DNA from: an uncultured Gammaproteobacteria bacterium
GTDB lineage: Bacteria; Pseudomonadota; Gammaproteobacteria; Xanthomonadales; SZUA-36
NCBI GenBank assembly: GCA_963801195.1
Contig: CAWDDX010000007.1
Location: forward strand, 1,129,695-1,193,694
DNA length: 64,000 nt
Direction: 5' to 3'
Shown here: piece after piece, positions 31,167 to 40,863 of the stretch
Position numbering within the stretch: position 1 is the first letter of the stretch
Layout of the letters: each line of letters opens with the position of its first letter
Made by a program: the position numbers and the translations under genes
The notes under the pieces: model-generated
Seen by the model: the letters and a program-made list of their open reading frames with translations, nothing else
The model's database searches: none
What the model was told of the DNA's origin: nothing

Positions 31167-32346
31167 TGATCCGTCCGAAAATCAGAGACGCGTTATTGCC
31201 ACCAAAACCAAATGAATTTGTCATGGCGGTCCTGATGGGTTTGCGGGTATTTTGCAGCATTATCGGAAAATCAAATTTGGGGTCTGGATTTTCACAATTA
31301 AGTGTGCCGGGGATCAAGCCATGCTTCATGGCTTCCAGTGTAATAACGGCTTCCAGGATTCCTGCCGTGCCCAGGGTATGGCCCGTCCAGCCCTTGGTAG
31401 AACTGGCCAGGGTCTTTGCGGTGAACAACTGCGATAAAGCATAAGTTTCGACCAGGTCATTGGCCTTGCTCGCAGTACCATGGAGGTTAACGTATTCGAT
31501 TGATGAAGCGTTCAATCCAGCCCGGTCCAGTGCTTGCTGCATAGCCAGAACAGCCCCTTTGCCTTCGGGATGGGGGTGCGACATATGGTATGCATCCGTG
31601 CTTTCGCCGTATCCCAGCAAAGCAAACTCTGCCTCCGGCGCCAGGTCTTGGCGGACCAGCAGCGCGAACCCGGCCGCCTCACCGATGCTGATTCCATCTC
31701 TGAGCGTATCAAAAGGACGGCAGGGACTCGTCGAAAGCAACTCCAGGGAGTTGAAACCATACAATACACTCAGGCACAGCGAATCTATCGCCCCCACCAA
31801 TACTGCATCGACCAGGCCATGGTTAATCCATCGTGCAGCGGTTGCAAAAATTTTGGCACTCGAGGAGCAAGCGGTGCTTATGGTCAGTGAAGGGCCCGTC
31901 AAGCCGGTAAGCTCTGCAACAAATATACCCGGGGAGTGCAGGTTATGAACCTCCGGCTGACGATAGTTTTCCGGCAATAAACCATCCGCGCCCAAGCGGG
32001 TGTAACCTTCTTCCGTTCGGCCAATGCTTGAAGTGCTGGTGGCCATGACGACACCGATGCGGTCTACGCCGATTTTGTCAATCAGTTGCTGCACCCTGGT
32101 CAATATCCCGTCTTGTTGAAGGCCGAGCCAGGTCAGCTGGTTATTTCGGCTGTGCAGATGACCAAGATGGGCCGGAAGCACAACTGCCTCCAAAGACTCC
32201 ACACGGCCGATCCAGGTGTCAAGATCACAATTAATCAGGTCATTCTTGCGCAAGCCTGAGCGATGGTTCGCGATGGCACTCTGCATAGATTGAATCCCAT
32301 TGCCAAGGGCCGATGTCGTTGTATAACCTGTAACCGCTATGCGCAT
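31159..32346 (-). CDS. beta-ketoacyl-ACP synthase (FabB/F-like KS)
   Basis: 395 aa. Active-site ISTACSSS, His motifs NLHGTAS and GHTLGTAG, and C-terminal SFGFGGNN. Confidence 0.9.
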   Translation of the reverse strand: MRIAVTGYTTTSALGNGIQSMQSAIANHRSGLRKNDLINCDLDTWIGRVESLEAVVLPAHLGHLHSRNNQLTWLGLQQDGILTRVQQLIDKIGVDRIGVVMATSTSSIGRTEEGYTRLGADGLLPENYRQPEVHNLHSPGIFVAELTGLTGPSLTISTACSSSAKIFATAARWINHGLVDAVLVGAIDSLCLSVLYGFNSLELLSTSPCRPFDTLRDGISIGEAAGFALLVRQDLAPEAEFALLGYGESTDAYHMSHPHPEGKGAVLAMQQALDRAGLNASSIEYVNLHGTASKANDLVETYALSQLFTAKTLASSTKGWTGHTLGTAGILEAVITLEAMKHGLIPGTLNCENPDPKFDFPIMLQNTRKPIRTAMTNSFGFGGNNASLIFGRIND

Positions 32347-32530
32347 CTTTTCACGCTTCGGCTGATTTTGGCATTTGGTGATGACTGGGAGCGAACAATG
32401 AATTCACGGGTGTTAATCTCTGGGGAATTTCAGTAAGGTTCAGATTAATGATGTTGGTTGCGTATTCGAAACGTATACTGCGCCAAACACGCTGCATGAT
32501 ATCAAAAAACGAAAACCAAGGGACTGAGTA

Positions 32531-33352
32531 ATGATGGCAGAACGGGAGGACCCTGTGACAAAACACGGCGATAAGTTCGTGTGGCGTAAACAGCTTGATC
32601 GCGTTTGGCGGTTTTTTGCAACGGTGCTCGGCTTCTTTCTGTTTGGCCTGGGTGGGCTGGTGATTGGTCTTGTCATATTTCCACTTATTTTCGTATTTGT
32701 CCGCAATCCAGAAACCCGGCAAATTTTAGCCCGGCGACTGTTGAGCGGTGCCTTTAAACTCTTCCTCTTCATATTTGAATCGCTGGGTGGTCTTTCATAT
32801 GAAATAAAGGGTGCAGAAAACGTCATTGCTGGCAACAATCAAATCATCATAGCAAACCATCCGACCCTGATTGACGTGATTTTCCTCGTTTCGCTGTTTC
32901 CCATGGCCGACTGCGTGATCAAGGAAGCCATTACCAGGAACCCGTTCATGCGAAGTGTTGTTTTATCTGCCAATTACATACCCAGCGGCAATACCGGGAA
33001 GTTGCTGGTTACCTGTGTGAAACGTCTTAAGTCCGGGGCCAGCCTTCTGCTGTTTCCTGAAGGAACCCGTTCCGTACCAGGCCAGCGCCTGGATTTTAAA
33101 CTGGGCGCGGCTTCTTTTGCGGTCAAGGCTGGGGCGGATATTTTGCCCGTCACCATTCAGTGTACTCAACCAAGGTTCCTGGTGAAAGATGAGCCATGGT
33201 ACAGGGTTCCGCCTGAGCGGCCTTTTTTTTCGATTCAAGTTTATCCTTCGCAGCCCCTCGACACGCTGATACCTGAGGGTCTCCACCCACGCCAGGCGAC
33301 CCGTGAACTGAACAAGGCATTTCTGGATTTCTTCGAAAGTAAGTTGAGCTGA
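32531..33352 (+). CDS. lysophospholipid (PlsC-family) acyltransferase
   Basis: 273 aa with N-terminal TM helices. HX4D motif NHPTLID and FPEGTRS. Confidence 0.8.
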   Translation: MMAEREDPVTKHGDKFVWRKQLDRVWRFFATVLGFFLFGLGGLVIGLVIFPLIFVFVRNPETRQILARRLLSGAFKLFLFIFESLGGLSYEIKGAENVIAGNNQIIIANHPTLIDVIFLVSLFPMADCVIKEAITRNPFMRSVVLSANYIPSGNTGKLLVTCVKRLKSGASLLLFPEGTRSVPGQRLDFKLGAASFAVKAGADILPVTIQCTQPRFLVKDEPWYRVPPERPFFSIQVYPSQPLDTLIPEGLHPRQATRELNKAFLDFFESKLS

Positions 33353-33363
33353 AGGCCGAGTCC

Positions 33364-33933
33364 ATGAAACCCGCAATGATCGCCCGCGCCCTGGTAATGC
33401 TTTTTTTTATTTCCTATCCGTTTATTGTTTATTTTGGGATCAGTATCCTTCCGCCCAGTTTTTTCGGTCTCGTCCTCGTCGTGTTATTGGCGTTCAGGTT
33501 TGGTGTGCTTTTACCTGAAGAACGCTCGGCTTTATTGCCCATCCTCCTGGTCTTTCTCGGCTATGCCATCGCCACGGTGATTTTTGACAGTGCCCGATTG
33601 CTGCTTTTCTACCCGGCCATGGTAAATTTTACGTTTTTCCTCGTGTTTGCAAACTCACTCAGAGGCGGCGAGCCGCTGTTGTTGAGAATCGTGCGTGCGC
33701 GGGGTGTTGCGATGAGCGAACATACGCCCAGGTACCTGTATTGGCTGACCATGCTGTGGGCCGTCTTTTTTATACTCAATGGCATGGTTTCAATTTGGAC
33801 CAGCACGCTCTCGATGCAGGCCTGGACTCTCTATAATGGGCTGATTTCCTACTTTATAGTTGCTATATTAGGCGCGGGAGAGTGGCTGTTTAGACGCTAC
33901 TACAAGAAGCGGGTCGGAGTCAGGACATCGTGA
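33364..33933 (+). CDS. integral membrane protein (cluster-associated, unknown function)
   Basis: 189 aa with about 5 hydrophobic helices. Confidence 0.5.
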   Translation: MKPAMIARALVMLFFISYPFIVYFGISILPPSFFGLVLVVLLAFRFGVLLPEERSALLPILLVFLGYAIATVIFDSARLLLFYPAMVNFTFFLVFANSLRGGEPLLLRIVRARGVAMSEHTPRYLYWLTMLWAVFFILNGMVSIWTSTLSMQAWTLYNGLISYFIVAILGAGEWLFRRYYKKRVGVRTS

Positions 33934-33969
33934 ACCTGCGGGTTTCCGGAATGTTCAGGAGCAATATTT

Positions 33970-34587
33970 GTGCAGGGCTCTGAGGTCTGTCAATTTCTAC
34001 AGGATAATCAATGGGTTTCGAATGTGGTCGCCACGAGTTCTGGCGCCAGTGGCGACATCACGCAATGCCTTGCAAGCATAAGTCCCGCAGGCCACCAGGT
34101 GATTTGTGATATCGGTTTCAAGGAGTTTTCAAAAAAACTGCTGGCAAAGCTGCCTTCACGTGGTCCGCAAGAGAACTGCCTGCATTTCCGCCACGTGCAT
34201 GCATTGATATTTGACGGGGGCCAATCGGGCGGGCAGGAAAACCTACCCGGTATTCTTTCCTGGATTGCAGATTTGCCACGACATCGATTATTGCTTGATG
34301 TCGGTTCTGAATTGGTTTTTTTTCAGGGGCATTTTCCCGACAATCCAATTTTACCCGGTATCACGCAGCTTCATTGGGCCGTCGCAGCAGCGATGCGCCT
34401 GTTTGAGTTCAGCGAAGTCCCTTGCGAGGTTAAGCGACTAAAATTCATGCACATTATTCGGCCGTCCAGTATCCTGGAGTTGTTGCTGGAGCGTAAAAAA
34501 ATAAATGAGGTGGAATTTCAGTTTTCCAGCTCCGGACAGATACATTCAACCGCTTGTTTAACCTTTAAGGTAGATATCCCGTGCTGA
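33970..34587 (+). CDS. hotdog-fold 3-hydroxyacyl-ACP dehydratase (FabA/FabZ-like)
   Basis: FFQGHFPDNPILPGITQLHWA matches the FabZ-type active-site motif. GTG start. Confidence 0.7.
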   Translation: MQGSEVCQFLQDNQWVSNVVATSSGASGDITQCLASISPAGHQVICDIGFKEFSKKLLAKLPSRGPQENCLHFRHVHALIFDGGQSGGQENLPGILSWIADLPRHRLLLDVGSELVFFQGHFPDNPILPGITQLHWAVAAAMRLFEFSEVPCEVKRLKFMHIIRPSSILELLLERKKINEVEFQFSSSGQIHSTACLTFKVDIPC

Positions 34588-35339
34588 CTTGTATCGTCAT
34601 ACCGCATTATGACCATCTGGAGCAGTTCCAGAAAATACTACCGAGACTGGTCGCGCAGGGCTTCCCCCTGCTTGTCGTTGACGACGGCTCTCCCGAACAA
34701 AGCTTTGCTGCCCTGGCTTCATTGCTTGATGAACTGGCACCACAATCTATCCTGGTCAGGCATTCCGAGAATCAGGGCAAGGGTGGTGCAGTGATGACCG
34801 GTCTGGCGACAGCGCTGGAGGCCGGTTTTACCCATGTTTTGCAGATCGACGCCGATGGACAACACGACATAGACGGAATTAGGAAGCTGGTTGCGTTTGC
34901 TGAGCGATTTCCGGACAGCATGATTTGTGGTCAACCGGTATTTGATAAGAGTATTTCCCAGCTTCGATACTATTCGAGGTATATCACCTTGTACCTGGTA
35001 TGGCTGGAAACACTCAGCACCGAGATTCGTGATGCATTGTGCGGTCTGCGCCTGTATCCACTGACCCAGACCATGGTTTCGGTCACAGATGGCGTCAGCG
35101 GCAAACGCATGGCCTTTGATCCTGAAATCCTCGTACGCGCGGTATGGGCCGGCATCCCTCTGATTTATGTACCGGTCAAAATTGTTTATCCGGAGGACGG
35201 CAAGTCACATTTTCGCTATCTGGGTGACAACCTTGAGATTGCCTGGATGCACACGCGCCTCATTGCAGGCATGCTGATCCGATTCCCAAGGCTCATTTGG
35301 CGCAAACGATCCGGATGTGGCGGGCTTAAAGACCAATGA
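34581..35339 (+). CDS. family-2 glycosyltransferase
   Basis: 252 aa. CIVIPHYDH, VVDDGSPE, and DxD-like QIDADGQHD. Confidence 0.8.
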   Translation: MLTCIVIPHYDHLEQFQKILPRLVAQGFPLLVVDDGSPEQSFAALASLLDELAPQSILVRHSENQGKGGAVMTGLATALEAGFTHVLQIDADGQHDIDGIRKLVAFAERFPDSMICGQPVFDKSISQLRYYSRYITLYLVWLETLSTEIRDALCGLRLYPLTQTMVSVTDGVSGKRMAFDPEILVRAVWAGIPLIYVPVKIVYPEDGKSHFRYLGDNLEIAWMHTRLIAGMLIRFPRLIWRKRSGCGGLKDQ

Positions 35340-36280
35340 GTCAACACTGGTCAACCATCAAGGAAGCCGGTGCTTTAAGCGGTATGCGGTTTTTGATCCT
35401 GATCTATAAACTATTTGGAAGGGTTGGGTTTGATGTGATCCTGGTGCCGGTGATGGCGTATTTTTTTGTTCGCAGGACCAGCGCCAGGCGGGCATCGAAG
35501 GATTATTTACGCAGGGTCAGGGCTGCCTACCCGGAGAGTCTTCCCAAGCGTTCCATTACCTGGCTTTCTTTTCGTCATTTTATGGCTTTTGGTCATTCAT
35601 TGCTGGACAAGTACATTGCGTGGTCGCAAACACCCACCGATATCGCAATGGATCCCGAGGAAGAAAAACTTCTTTTTGCGCTGGTCTCATCCGGTAAGGG
35701 TTGCCTGGTGATTGGATCCCATTTTGGAAACCTGGAGTATTCCCGCGGTATATCCGCACGACACCCTGAACTGGTCATCAACGTTTTGCTGTACGACCAG
35801 CACGCTGAAAATTTTTCCGCATTGATGAAGGACGCCAAGTCTGATTCACGCATGAACCTGATTCAGGTTACGGATATGGATATTGCACTCGCATTCAGTC
35901 TAAGGGAGAAAGTTCAGCGCGGGGAGTGGGTGGTTATTGCTGGAGACCGCGTGCCGGTAGGGGAGGGTAGCCGGGTTTGCAACGCCAGCTTTTTTGGCGG
36001 GAAAGCCGACTTTCCGGTGGGTCCGTATGTCCTGGCGAGCCTGTTGCATTGCCCGGTCTACCTGATGCATTGTTTTCTCGCAGGAGATGATTATCGCGTC
36101 CGCGTGGAGTTTTTTCAGGATGACTTTCAGGTGGACAGAAAAAACCGGCAGTTGGCATATGAAAATGCCGCCCAGATATTTGCCAGTTCTCTGGAAAAGC
36201 AAGTGGCGAGGTATCCACTCCAATGGTTTAATTTCTTCGATTTCTGGCAAGCGCAGGGAAAAAGCGGAAGCCGGCATTAA
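35336..36280 (+). CDS. LpxL/HtrB-like lipid acyltransferase
   Basis: 314 aa with an N-terminal TM helix. HX4E motif GSHFGNLE. ATGA overlap with the glycosyltransferase gene. Confidence 0.65.
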   Translation: MSQHWSTIKEAGALSGMRFLILIYKLFGRVGFDVILVPVMAYFFVRRTSARRASKDYLRRVRAAYPESLPKRSITWLSFRHFMAFGHSLLDKYIAWSQTPTDIAMDPEEEKLLFALVSSGKGCLVIGSHFGNLEYSRGISARHPELVINVLLYDQHAENFSALMKDAKSDSRMNLIQVTDMDIALAFSLREKVQRGEWVVIAGDRVPVGEGSRVCNASFFGGKADFPVGPYVLASLLHCPVYLMHCFLAGDDYRVRVEFFQDDFQVDRKNRQLAYENAAQIFASSLEKQVARYPLQWFNFFDFWQAQGKSGSRH

Positions 36281-36748
36281 ATGGTACTCAAAGATGTGAT
36301 TGAACTTAACGCTTTCAACAAGCTCGTGGCCCGTGAAAAAATCCGGATTCCATTCTTCGATATCGACATGGCCGGTATTGTCTGGCACGGGCATTATCTG
36401 AAGTATTTTGAACTCGCCCGCTGTGCCTTGCTCGATGGCATCGGTTATAACTACCGGGAAATGATCAATACGGGTGTTCTGTGGCCAGTTGTCGATATGA
36501 CGGTCCGTTTTGTGCACCCCCTGGTTCTTGATCAGGAAGTCCAGGTTACTGCATGCTTACAGGAGTGGGAGCTCAGGCTGGTCATTGATTACAGCGTGCT
36601 GGATGAGACGGGCGTTCTGTATACAAAAGGCACAACGGTACAGGCCCCGGTCGATGCAAAAACAAAAACACTGCAACTCGGTTCACCCGATCTGCTGATC
36701 AAAAATGTAGAAAAATGTCTGCGTGCCCAGGCTGAAAAGACAAAATAG
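36281..36748 (+). CDS. 4HBT/YbgC-type acyl thioesterase
   Basis: 155 aa. FFDIDMAGIVWHGHYLKYFE hotdog thioesterase motif. Confidence 0.75.
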   Translation: MVLKDVIELNAFNKLVAREKIRIPFFDIDMAGIVWHGHYLKYFELARCALLDGIGYNYREMINTGVLWPVVDMTVRFVHPLVLDQEVQVTACLQEWELRLVIDYSVLDETGVLYTKGTTVQAPVDAKTKTLQLGSPDLLIKNVEKCLRAQAEKTK

Positions 36749-37228
36749 ATGACCGGGTCCGCAATGTCAGAGAGATTTGGCCAACTGCTTGAATTGCCGA
36801 TTACGGAGTTTATTCTGCATTCCGGCCCCATGCTGCTGCCGGACCGCCTCGTCAGTTTAAACATTGATTCAGCGGTTTGTGAGTGGTGTGTGCGGGAAAA
36901 CAATGTGTTCATGGTTGCGGGTTCAGGTGTTCCCGCCTATATCGGTATTGAATACATGGCGCAATGTGTAGCGGTACATGGCGGCGCCTGTGAACGGTCG
37001 CTTGGTTTTGCGCCGCCGCAGGGACTTCTGTTGGGTACGCGCCGGTACCATTGTGAAGTGCCGTATTTTGTTCCGGGGGTCACCTATCAGGTGAAATGCA
37101 ATAAGCTGATAAGTAATCCTGATGGAATGTCTTCATTTGACTGCAGCATCTTATTGGACCATCGTGTGATCGCCCAAGGCAGAATTTCAGTACTGCAAAA
37201 AGCACGTGGAGAGAGCTTCAATGAATGA
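36749..37228 (+). CDS. hotdog-fold dehydratase (second, ApeP-like)
   Basis: 159 aa. It starts directly after the thioesterase stop. LHSGPMLLPDRLVS N-terminal pattern. Confidence 0.6.
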   Translation: MTGSAMSERFGQLLELPITEFILHSGPMLLPDRLVSLNIDSAVCEWCVRENNVFMVAGSGVPAYIGIEYMAQCVAVHGGACERSLGFAPPQGLLLGTRRYHCEVPYFVPGVTYQVKCNKLISNPDGMSSFDCSILLDHRVIAQGRISVLQKARGESFNE

Positions 37229-37955
37229 TCAAAATTTGAGCATACTGGTAACCGGAGCCAGTTCCGGTATTGGCCGGGCGATCGCCGTTCGTCTCGCCAG
37301 GGATGGTTTCGACGTGGTCGTTCATTATTCCCGAAATCGTCAGGGGGCGGATTTGGCGATGAAGCAGATCAGTGAGTTTTCCGCGAATTCAAGACTTGTC
37401 AGTTTTGATATTTCCGATGCGCAGCAAACCCGCGCTGCCATTGAAGCGGATATGGGTTTACACGGGACGTATTATGGCGTTGTTTGCAATGCCGGCATGA
37501 CCAAAGACGCGGTGTTTCCGGCGTTGAGTATCGATGACTGGAAGCAGGTTATCGATGTGAATCTCAACGGTTTTTACAATGTGCTGCATCCCATCGTGTT
37601 ACCCATGGTGAGGCGGCGAAAGCCGGGGCGGATCGTGACGATTTCATCTGTGTCCGGGATCATGGGGAATCAAGGTCAGGTCAATTACAGCGCCGCCAAG
37701 GCCGGCATAATCGGTGCCAGCAAGGCCCTGGCGCTCGATCTTGCAAAGAAAAAAATCACGGTTAATTGCGTCGCGCCGGGATTGATAGAATCTGAAATGA
37801 CAGAAAACCTGCCGCTGGATAGAATCCTCGGGTCGGTTCCAGCCGGCAGAATCGGCAAGCCGGAAGAGGTGGCGGCACTGGTGTCTTTTTTGTGTTCGGC
37901 GGACGCCGCATACATTACCCGGCAGGTCCTGGCGGTCAACGGTGGCTTGTGTTGA
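37221..37955 (+). CDS. 3-oxoacyl-ACP reductase (SDR, FabG-like)
   Basis: TGASSGIGRAIA cofactor motif, NAG, and catalytic YSAAKAG. The start is taken at MNDQN. Confidence 0.9.
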   Translation: MNDQNLSILVTGASSGIGRAIAVRLARDGFDVVVHYSRNRQGADLAMKQISEFSANSRLVSFDISDAQQTRAAIEADMGLHGTYYGVVCNAGMTKDAVFPALSIDDWKQVIDVNLNGFYNVLHPIVLPMVRRRKPGRIVTISSVSGIMGNQGQVNYSAAKAGIIGASKALALDLAKKKITVNCVAPGLIESEMTENLPLDRILGSVPAGRIGKPEEVAALVSFLCSADAAYITRQVLAVNGGLC

Positions 37956-37991
37956 TCGCAAGCGCGTTATGCAAACATCATATTTGATGGT

Positions 37992-38786
37992 TCAGTCGGC
38001 GCTTTCATTGACCGGTTTTTCGGTGTGCCCAAATGACTTCCACGTGTCGCTTTTTACGATTTCCACCCACAAAGCTTGCCATGTCTTCCAATCGTGACCA
38101 CCATCATTTATAAATACTTGTGATTCCGGAATCGACCCGGACAGCAACCCGGCAGCATCACTGAATTTGTCTTTTTCGCCATATGCGAGAATAGCGCTGC
38201 GGATTTTTGCCGTATCACCTTTGTTCAGGTCATCTATCCATAACCAAACCTTGTCATCAATGCCGGGTTCACGATCCAGTTGTGATCGCCATGCCCGGGT
38301 GCCCCCACTGCTTTCTATCTCCTTGATGACAGGTTTTTTGCCGAGATACGGCGCGATTAATACCACGCCTGAAATCAGTTCACCGTACTCGTGGTTGACC
38401 CAAAGTGCGCCATAACCGCCGAGTGATGTGCCGACAATGAAAAACCGCGTATAGCCCTTTTGCTGAAATGGAACCAGGATATCCTGGTACACACGTTCGG
38501 CGAGTACCCCCTTGTAGTAGTATCCCAAATGGGCATCCGTGACAATGGCGTCAAACGGCCGTTCAGACTGATGCAGTGTTTCGATAAAACCAGCACGCTC
38601 AAAGGCCTCCATATCGTCGCCGCGACCCGGCAAAAATATGATCAGTTCATCGGTGGGTCCCGAACCATTGGCAAAAAATTCATAAGGCATCGGCACTTCA
38701 GGGGTTCGAGGTATGACGCAAGCCGTTAAAAGTAACAACTGGCTTAACACCAGGCACGTATTTTTGATCATTGCTGAGGTATTCAT
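37992..38786 (-). CDS. alpha/beta-hydrolase lipoprotein (esterase)
   Basis: Nucleophile elbow GTSLGG and lipobox LLTAC. ATG at 38786 overlaps the methyltransferase stop (ATGA). Confidence 0.7.
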   Translation of the reverse strand: MNTSAMIKNTCLVLSQLLLLTACVIPRTPEVPMPYEFFANGSGPTDELIIFLPGRGDDMEAFERAGFIETLHQSERPFDAIVTDAHLGYYYKGVLAERVYQDILVPFQQKGYTRFFIVGTSLGGYGALWVNHEYGELISGVVLIAPYLGKKPVIKEIESSGGTRAWRSQLDREPGIDDKVWLWIDDLNKGDTAKIRSAILAYGEKDKFSDAAGLLSGSIPESQVFINDGGHDWKTWQALWVEIVKSDTWKSFGHTEKPVNESAD

Positions 38787-39880
38787 TGCGGTTTTTTGCG
38801 ACATTCGAACAGGGAATGACAGATCCCCAGTCCATCGGTAACGTGTACAAGTTCCAAACCCGCGCACGATACACAATATTGCAATTCCTCCGAGTGATAC
38901 ATTTTTGAATTGCCGTTGGCTATACAGGTGAAATACGGGCTCGTGTTGACGAGTGAGAAAGCAGATGCTTCGTGTTTTTGCCTGTCCCAGCAGGTTTCCA
39001 TGATGAACAGGCGTGACTCAGCGTGCATGGCTTCACAAACGCGCTGGAGAATGCTGATGATCTCACCCTGCCCGAAGCAGGAAAGGAACTGGCTCATCCA
39101 ATAGACATCCAGCCCGGGCGGAAATTTGTTATCGGTTTTCAAAAGATCCATCGCAATGGCGTTTATCCGGTCTGAAACACCGGCACGCCCCGCGTTTTCC
39201 CTGGCAACTGCCAGCTGGTCAGGCAGGTCGATCATGTATATCTTGATATCCGGGTGGCTCTGGGCCATGAGAATGGCAAATTTGCCCGTATTGGTTCCAA
39301 TGTCGACGAGGGTTTCAGGTTGGTTCCTGAGAACAATGGGCAGTATGAACGGATAACTGATGTCGGAATAATAATGGTCAAACCTGTACCAGCTGTTCCT
39401 GGCATCATCGGGCAGGTGCGGTAAGGCCTCGTAGAACGTGTTCCGTTGCTTGTCCAGCGATGCAAGCCCCCTGGGTTTACCATCGCTGATGGCTTCATCC
39501 AGCCTGGCAAGACCGTGGTAACAGACATGATGGTTGAAATCCATATTGATCCGCGTCATTGGGTCATTGAGCAGGAAATACCCGATCTTGCTGAGAAAGT
39601 AGACGCGGTCCTTGTAAGCGGCGGGAACATCATTGTTATACTCGACCACGTTACAACTGTGACCGCTTTCCAATAAAGTCTCCACGCCATATTGGCTGAG
39701 CTCGAGTGCTTCACCTATATCGGCTGCGCTCATACCTGCTTTGCCGGATTCTTCGAGCAACTTCAAAATGCCAAGATCACGCAAGCTACGCACAACCTGG
39801 AAAATAACCGGGGCGTAAGCAATTTTTTGAGCTTCGTACATGGCCTCGTAAGCACTGATTTTTTTCCTGGCAAAGGGCAT
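38783..39880 (-). CDS. class I SAM-dependent (O-)methyltransferase
   Basis: SAM motif LVDIGTNTG, an N-terminal winged-helix-like dimerisation region, and an acidic loop MIDLPD. The start is taken at MPFARKK; the track ORF extends to 39964. Confidence 0.75.
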   Translation of the reverse strand: MPFARKKISAYEAMYEAQKIAYAPVIFQVVRSLRDLGILKLLEESGKAGMSAADIGEALELSQYGVETLLESGHSCNVVEYNNDVPAAYKDRVYFLSKIGYFLLNDPMTRINMDFNHHVCYHGLARLDEAISDGKPRGLASLDKQRNTFYEALPHLPDDARNSWYRFDHYYSDISYPFILPIVLRNQPETLVDIGTNTGKFAILMAQSHPDIKIYMIDLPDQLAVARENAGRAGVSDRINAIAMDLLKTDNKFPPGLDVYWMSQFLSCFGQGEIISILQRVCEAMHAESRLFIMETCWDRQKHEASAFSLVNTSPYFTCIANGNSKMYHSEELQYCVSCAGLELVHVTDGLGICHSLFECRKKPQ

Positions 39881-40119
39881 GTAGATGTACCTTTCAGCTT
39901 GTTGGCTGATGAATTGAAAGATTGCACGACCCGCTGCAGCAGCGGGCCAAGGCATTGTAACCAAATATGCTGCAGAACATTGTCACACTGCTGCAGATGC
40001 ACCCGTGCGTGGGTCTTATCCTGGTTTAACAGGAAGTTTCTGGCAGCATGGTACACTCAATGTTCCCGTTTCACATGAGCTGGCGCATGTGCCCACTATC
40101 ATTCTGCAAGGAGTATAAA

Positions 40120-40410
40120 ATGAAAGCGCGTTTCACATTACCTATGGCAAGCCTGCTTTTGATATTGACTTCCGGCCCCTTACTTGCCGATGAAGGCAAG
40201 GCACTGTTTGAAAAGAGTTGTACGAAATGTCATGGTGCCGAGGTTTTTACCAGCAATGATCGCAGCATTACAAGCCTTGAGGGCTTAAAAAGCCGTGTCA
40301 AAAAATGTAGCGTGGCTGCTGACAGCCAGTGGACTGAAGATCAATTCAATAGCGTAGTCGAGTATTTGAACAGGGATTTTTACAAATTCGATGCCACTTC
40401 ATCCAAATAG
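40120..40410 (+). CDS. small monohaem c-type cytochrome
   Basis: 96 aa from the ATG at 40120 (GGAG upstream). Signal peptide and haem motif CTKCH. Confidence 0.7.
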   Translation: MKARFTLPMASLLLILTSGPLLADEGKALFEKSCTKCHGAEVFTSNDRSITSLEGLKSRVKKCSVAADSQWTEDQFNSVVEYLNRDFYKFDATSSK

Positions 40411-40863
40411 ACCGGCTATAAAAGAGCAATTGAGCGACCATTCCCTGATGAAACTTTGAAGTTTTGCAAGGTGTCTCGCTGGGCTTGACATTCAATTTGC
40501 ATTGACTGCATTGCCACTCGAAGATTCTGCAGCACAACCTGGCTGTTTGGTGGGGTGCCGCTTACAGCTGCAGCGATAGCTGAGCATGAATACTGCGGAG
40601 GAAATCAGGGGATTGGAGATGTTCAAGACAAGAGGCATGACCGGTCCGACATATCTGAAGGAAATTCGCTCTCTGACAAATCATGGCAAACCCGCCGGTT
40701 TTTTATGACTTGAGGCGGGTGCCGGCCGACATTGATCAACAGGCCAGCCAACAATTAACCTGTTTACTGGAGCGGAGCGGTTGGTTGGGGAAGAATATTT
40801 CAATATACTGCATCGTTGTCCGATTGTTGCCGGACCTGAACCTAATACCCGCCGGATGATCCA

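Noticed and set aside
35900-36517. 205-aa minus-strand ORF across the acyltransferase/thioesterase junction
   Set aside because: It is antisense to two motif-bearing plus-strand genes in a tightly coupled operon.
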